Below are positions 59,748-64,000 of a DNA stretch of 64,000 bases, piece by piece. Positions within the stretch are counted from its first letter, which is position 1; each line of letters opens with the position of its first letter. This stretch comes from an uncultured Campylobacterales bacterium (lineage in GTDB: Bacteria > Campylobacterota > Campylobacteria > Campylobacterales > CAZCQG01), in assembly GCA_964500775.1 (NCBI GenBank), contig CAZCQG010000006.1:5584-69583 (forward strand), given 5' to 3'. Position numbers and translations under genes: made by a program. Under the pieces are notes generated by a model that saw only the letters and a list, made by a program, of their open reading frames with translations, was not told the DNA's origin and searched no databases.

Positions 59748-62250
59748 AGGTGAGTGATTCTAAGATTTCGGGTTTATGGAGATAGTATCCTTGGAGATAG
59801 TCGATACCTAGGGCGATTGCGATGTCTTGCACTTCTTGATTATGGATATACTCCGCTACCACTTTCAAACCGAGCTCTTTTGCGAGTGCGACTATCGATT
59901 TGACGGTGAGGTAGGCGTTTTTACTGGTATCGATGTCCTTCATCAATGAGCCGTCTATCTTCACAAAATCCGCTCCAATGCGCAAGATATAATCGAAATT
60001 TGAATAGCCGCTTCCGAAATCGTCGATAGAGATCTTGCATCCAAACTCTTTCGCCCTTTTTATAAAATCGTTTATTTCGTTGCTCATAACTATCTGCTCG
60101 CTCTCGACTAGCTCGATAATCACCCTGTTTTGCATCTCAAATTTCACGAGATTCTCAAACAAAAACTCAACGGTCTCTTTGTCGAGTATATCCTCAAAGG
60201 TGAGGTTGATAGAAAATACGAGGTGATTCTCTTTAAACGCTTCAAACACCTTCAGAATCATAATCCTCGTGAGTTTGGTATAGAGCTTGGAGTGTTTGGC
60301 TTGCTCTAAAAAAATAAACGGAGGGATGACCTTGCCCTCTTCATCCACGATACGCATTAATGTCTCGACTTTGAAATCATCGTGATTATCGGCATCGACC
60401 ACTTTTTGTCCGTATGCCTGCACAAAATCGAATCGAATAGCATCGTATATCATCTGCGTCACTTCCCGACTACGCTCCAAATCCTCTTTGATCTGTTCGT
60501 TTTCGTCATAATCGACAAGTGAAACTCTGCTATTTTTACTATGGTGCATCGCCATATCGGCTTTTTGGTAGAGCATTTCCGTACCGCGAGCAATAGAGAC
60601 GCGTATCGAGATGGCAAGCTCTATTTCTCCTACTTTCATAGGCTCGTCCGAAAATCGCTCTATGATTTTTTTCGCACCAAAGACCACGTCTTCGTTTTCG
60701 TAGTTTTTAAACAAAATCGCAAACTCATCCCCGGAAACCCTGTATAACGCACCGCCTACAGGCAATAGCTCCGCGATCTCGGCGCTAAAACGGATCAATA
60801 CCTTATCGCCGAATTCATGCCCGTACGAATCGTTTATCCCTCGGAATCTATCGATGTTTACTAGCAAAAGCGCTTTTTTACCGCCGTCGTCTAGATCGAT
60901 ATTAAGCTGCTGTCTATTGGGCAATCCCGTAACGCCATCGGTCGTTTGTTTGAGAATAAATTGCATCTGTTCAAATACTTCGGTCACGTCGCTTCTTATG
61001 GCGATATACTCTTCGATGTTACCGCTTTCGTCTAAAATAGGGGCTATAACACTCCTGACGTAATAATCCTCGCCCTCTTTGTTTCTATTTTTTATGACCC
61101 CTATCCAGCTTTTTCCGCTTGAGATTCTCCGCCAAATAGCGGCAAAAAACTCTTTGCTGTTGTCGGGATGTTTTACGATGTTATGCGGTTTACCGATAGC
61201 TTCTTCGCGGCTAAAGCCGCTTATGCGGACAAACTCGTCGTTGACGTAGGTGATGATACCGTTTTTGTCGGTTTTTGTGACGATGGAGCTTTCATCGATT
61301 ATTTTTTTGTATTGCTCTAAAATATAGTTTTGCTTGAAAAAATCTTTGATGACGTTAGCGATTTTTCCCATCTCGTCATCGTTATCCAAAAGATACTCTA
61401 TGTCTTTTTTATTTCGTCTCGTGAGGGCTTCCATGATAGAGTTGAGCGGTTTGTCGATATTTTGCCGCAAAGCACCGAAAAAAACGGCGGCAGAGAGGAT
61501 AGAGGTGAGGAGGATGATAACCATTTGGGTTTGAAAAAGATTTTCGATGATCGTATCGATACTTTTTTGCATGACAAGACCGAGGGTCGCAACTGCGTTT
61601 CCTTCTCTATCTTTCAGGGGAAAATAGATGTCATAGTCGCCTGCGGCTTCCGAAGCGAGAGAGACCTCTTGATTTATAATCTCGCTTATCCCCTCGATGA
61701 GTTGCTTATCCCATATTTTACCCCCTACGAGGTACCCTAGAGGCTTGCTTTCTCTCAAAAAATCATCCGAAGGCTGTATGGGAGCGATGAATATATTTAA
61801 AAGTTCGCCTCTGTTTTTTATGAAAAAATTGGAAAATGTCGGGTGCTCGGGGTCGAAATATTGTTTTTTTACAAACTCCATCTGCAACGATTCGCCATCT
61901 TCTTTGAGCTTGGACTCATAGAGAAATTCGAGATTTTCGTCATATATGAGTACATAATCGACACCGTATGTTTCGAGTGCGGTAGGGATGTTTTCGTTTG
62001 CCCAAGTTTTATCGGAGGTTTTTGCAAAACGCCCCGTCTCTTCGCGCAAGGAGTAGTCCATACACAAAGTCTTGAGGGGTACGGATTTTAATTCCACTAT
62101 CCCTTGGAGTACTTTTTCAAACTCTTGCGTTCTCTCATTAACAATAAGCCCGATGTTCTTTTTTTGGCTCATCATCACGTAAGAAAAAAGGGCTATAAAA
62201 ATCGCAAGGACAAAAAGAAGTGCTAGTCCGATTTTTATACGAAGTTTCAT
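59731..62250 (-). CDS. membrane sensor with periplasmic domain, PAS, GGDEF (SGDEF) and EAL (ETL) domains
   Basis: 839 aa. TM1, a ~210-aa periplasmic region, TM2, PAS (ITYVNDEFVRISGFSREEAIGKPHNIV), GGDEF domain (YRVSGDEFAILF), and EAL domain (ETLMRIV...SINL...ELVE...DDFGSGYSN...KIDG...AEYI...QGYY). Confidence 0.85.
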   Translation of the reverse strand: MKLRIKIGLALLFVLAIFIALFSYVMMSQKKNIGLIVNERTQEFEKVLQGIVELKSVPLKTLCMDYSLREETGRFAKTSDKTWANENIPTALETYGVDYVLIYDENLEFLYESKLKEDGESLQMEFVKKQYFDPEHPTFSNFFIKNRGELLNIFIAPIQPSDDFLRESKPLGYLVGGKIWDKQLIEGISEIINQEVSLASEAAGDYDIYFPLKDREGNAVATLGLVMQKSIDTIIENLFQTQMVIILLTSILSAAVFFGALRQNIDKPLNSIMEALTRRNKKDIEYLLDNDDEMGKIANVIKDFFKQNYILEQYKKIIDESSIVTKTDKNGIITYVNDEFVRISGFSREEAIGKPHNIVKHPDNSKEFFAAIWRRISSGKSWIGVIKNRNKEGEDYYVRSVIAPILDESGNIEEYIAIRSDVTEVFEQMQFILKQTTDGVTGLPNRQQLNIDLDDGGKKALLLVNIDRFRGINDSYGHEFGDKVLIRFSAEIAELLPVGGALYRVSGDEFAILFKNYENEDVVFGAKKIIERFSDEPMKVGEIELAISIRVSIARGTEMLYQKADMAMHHSKNSRVSLVDYDENEQIKEDLERSREVTQMIYDAIRFDFVQAYGQKVVDADNHDDFKVETLMRIVDEEGKVIPPFIFLEQAKHSKLYTKLTRIMILKVFEAFKENHLVFSINLTFEDILDKETVEFLFENLVKFEMQNRVIIELVESEQIVMSNEINDFIKRAKEFGCKISIDDFGSGYSNFDYILRIGADFVKIDGSLMKDIDTSKNAYLTVKSIVALAKELGLKVVAEYIHNQEVQDIAIALGIDYLQGYYLHKPEILESLTSRIAA

Positions 62251-62253
62251 CTA

Positions 62254-63177
62254 TTAAAACTTGCAGTTCAATCCGGTGCTAAATCTATTCTCCACCCTTT
62301 TGACTTCATCAAGATTGCTTCGAGGTTTTGTACCGTCCGTGAGAAATTGGACATTGTCGCCGTCCTTGAGGCGCGCATACGAATATCTATAATTGCCGTA
62401 AATTTCATAATCTTCATCGATTTTATATTTCAAGCCGATTGAGAATTTTCCCGCATAAAACATTCCGGTATGCTCAAAACTTTTATCTTTAAAATCGGTG
62501 CTAAGATTCCAATGCCCCACGCCATAGTAGTACCCTAATCCCGCATATGCCCCCAAAGCAAGCGTGGTTTTTTCACCGATGTCGTACTCTATGTCGCTCC
62601 CTAAGTATCCCGTCTGCCAATACGATTCATAACTACTATTTAAACCTGCGATCGTGCCTACAGCAGGGGGGTTGCTTAAGCCTACGGGGACATTTGCGTT
62701 GTCACTGAGCACCTGCTCTCCGTCTTTTATGGTGTACTTTTGATATAAAAAAGCGTACTCTGCTTTGGGTATGAACGACAATCTGTCATCTAGTTCTATC
62801 TCTTCGCCAAAAATCACCCCCGCCTCGATAAACGAGCTGTCATCGGTACTTGATATGGAGCGTGAATACTCTTTACTCCTCCCGCTAGCACCGTAGTCGC
62901 TATCCTGCACATATCCATCAAGAGCTTTGCCCAGCCCCATATATATGCCGGCGATTCGCCCTTCTTCAAATTTGTGTTCCAAGCTTAATTTAGTGTATAC
63001 AAACTCGCTCTCTTTAAAACTTAGCTCCGATTGAGGACTGATGCCGTTGGCACTAAAACTATAGGTGAGGTGCTCCCTAGTGTATCCCGTCTCAATAGTA
63101 TAGTTATCGACTTTCATATCATCGTCCGCCAACAGAAATGCCAAAGGCAACAATAGAAAAGGGGCAACAAATCTCAT
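62254..63177 (-). CDS. outer-membrane beta-barrel protein (family unassigned)
   Basis: 307 aa with a signal peptide (MRFVAPFLLLPLAFLLA). Alternating aromatic/Gly beta-strand pattern and a C-terminal ...FSTGLNCKF ending in Phe. Confidence 0.55.
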   Translation of the reverse strand: MRFVAPFLLLPLAFLLADDDMKVDNYTIETGYTREHLTYSFSANGISPQSELSFKESEFVYTKLSLEHKFEEGRIAGIYMGLGKALDGYVQDSDYGASGRSKEYSRSISSTDDSSFIEAGVIFGEEIELDDRLSFIPKAEYAFLYQKYTIKDGEQVLSDNANVPVGLSNPPAVGTIAGLNSSYESYWQTGYLGSDIEYDIGEKTTLALGAYAGLGYYYGVGHWNLSTDFKDKSFEHTGMFYAGKFSIGLKYKIDEDYEIYGNYRYSYARLKDGDNVQFLTDGTKPRSNLDEVKRVENRFSTGLNCKF

Positions 63178-63228
63178 TCTTTCTCCCGTTTCGATATTAA
63201 GTCGGTATCTAAATTCTTTTACTCAACA

Positions 63229-63657
63229 CTATCTGATGACTTCAGAGAGTCTTCTATCTTTGTTTTCGTTTTCTCCACCCTCTTTACCGTCCGCTCCTAG
63301 AGAAATAATCTCATAATCTCCCCCTTCGTTGAGGTAGATGTATTGGTTGTTCCAAGGATCTTTCGGGACACTTTTTCCGCCGAGATAGCCGCTAGTACTG
63401 TAGTTCTCATACCCATCACCATCGGGTTTTTTCACCAATACCATCAATCCCTCTTCAGTCGTAGGGTATCGCCCCATATCGAGCCTAAAAAGCTTTATCG
63501 CCTCTTCGAGCTGTTTCATCTGAATCTCGACGAGTTTGATTTTTGCATCATCGCTCTTACCGATGAGGTTTGGGACGACGATAGATGCCAAAAGCCCGAG
63601 TATAATGACGACAACCATAAGTTCGATAATAGAGAAACCTTTTCTTTTTTGTTGCAT
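63229..63657 (-). CDS. gspG: type II secretion major pseudopilin GspG
   Basis: 142 aa. MQQKRKG|FSIIELMVVVIILGLLASIVVPN, then ...GRYPTTEEGL..L.....PKDPWNNQYIY...GDYEIISLGADGKEGGE, which is the hallmark GspG core. Confidence 0.9.
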   Translation of the reverse strand: MQQKRKGFSIIELMVVVIILGLLASIVVPNLIGKSDDAKIKLVEIQMKQLEEAIKLFRLDMGRYPTTEEGLMVLVKKPDGDGYENYSTSGYLGGKSVPKDPWNNQYIYLNEGGDYEIISLGADGKEGGENENKDRRLSEVIR

Positions 63658-63792
63658 TGCGCATTTTCCTTTTGTGGTGTTGTGTTTGGTTGTATTTTAG
63701 TACAGGATGGCTAAAAGTCTTATTGACGCGGGCAATGGAAAATCAAGCATATTTTTATATTTTTTGTGTATTATTCCGTTCTCAAAATGTGT

Positions 63793-63870
63793 CGGAGCGT
63801 AGCGCAGTCTGGCTAGCGCACTACCTTGGGGTGGTAGGGGTCGCCTGTTCAAATCAGGTCGTTCCGACCA
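63793..63870 (+). tRNA. tRNA-Pro, anticodon read as GGG
   Basis: Manual cloverleaf: CGGAGCG-TA-GCGC-AGTCTGGCTA-GCGC-A-CTACC-TTGGGGT-GGTAG-GGGTC-GCCTG-TTCAAAT-CAGGT-CGTTCCG-A-CCA. Confidence 0.85.
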
Positions 63871-63977
63871 TTTGAAACATACAAAAAAATCTACTATCTA
63901 AAACTCCTTAGAAATTAACCTCATTCAGCAGAAATCGTGTAAGATTCATCCATTATATTCATTTAAAGGATCTCCCA

Positions 63978-64000
63978 TGAAAAAACTCCTTTTACTTCTC
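63978..64000 (+). CDS. 5' end of an ORF (MKKLLLLL..., probable signal peptide), truncated by the window end
   Basis: ATG at 63978 preceded by AAGGA. Only 7 codons are visible. Confidence 0.25.

Noticed and set aside
63657-63875. 72-aa plus-strand ORF
   Set aside because: Its 3' part is the tRNA-Pro gene (63793-63870) and the remainder is gspG upstream sequence. There is no RBS and no coding signal.

Overview
This is a chromosomal segment at roughly 40% GC. Its gene content (CheV, a CZB-type MCP, an Ech-type hydrogenase, frequent TTG/GTG starts) is consistent with a Campylobacterota (epsilonproteobacterium) genome, possibly Sulfurospirillum-like; that placement is my inference and was not searched. 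Housekeeping genes make up much of the window: rpoD (partial), moaA/E/C, DAHP synthase, ligA, ppa, adk, aspS, the ffh-rpsP-rimM-trmD-rplS operon, cysE, speA, hisS and two tRNAs. Three accessory blocks stand out. (1) At 9.8-27.5 kb lies a divergently organised type II secretion (T2SS) locus (gspF, three minor pseudopilins, K/L/M/N-slot proteins, gspC, gspD, gspE). Promoter-proximal on both arms are large secreted or lipoprotein genes: a Cys-free 1198-aa S-layer-like protein, a 545-aa protein with three 4-Cys repeats, and a 518-aa Ig-like lipoprotein. The two largest share a C-terminal module and carry many D/E-x-N-x-S/T sequons. The major pseudopilin gspG sits 36 kb away, next to an OMP and a GGDEF/EAL gene. 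(2) At 33.6-38.7 kb is a six-gene Ech-type group 4 [NiFe]-hydrogenase. (3) At 38.8-46.6 kb is an MSHA-like type IV pilus assembly operon whose ATPase has a near-perfect MshEN c-di-GMP-binding motif, with no pilin genes nearby. I saw no CRISPR array, IS element or prophage. My best candidate for a novel system is the T2SS plus dedicated cargo (putative S-layer/glycoprotein export) divergon. All functional calls come from reading motifs by eye and need HMM or structure confirmation.
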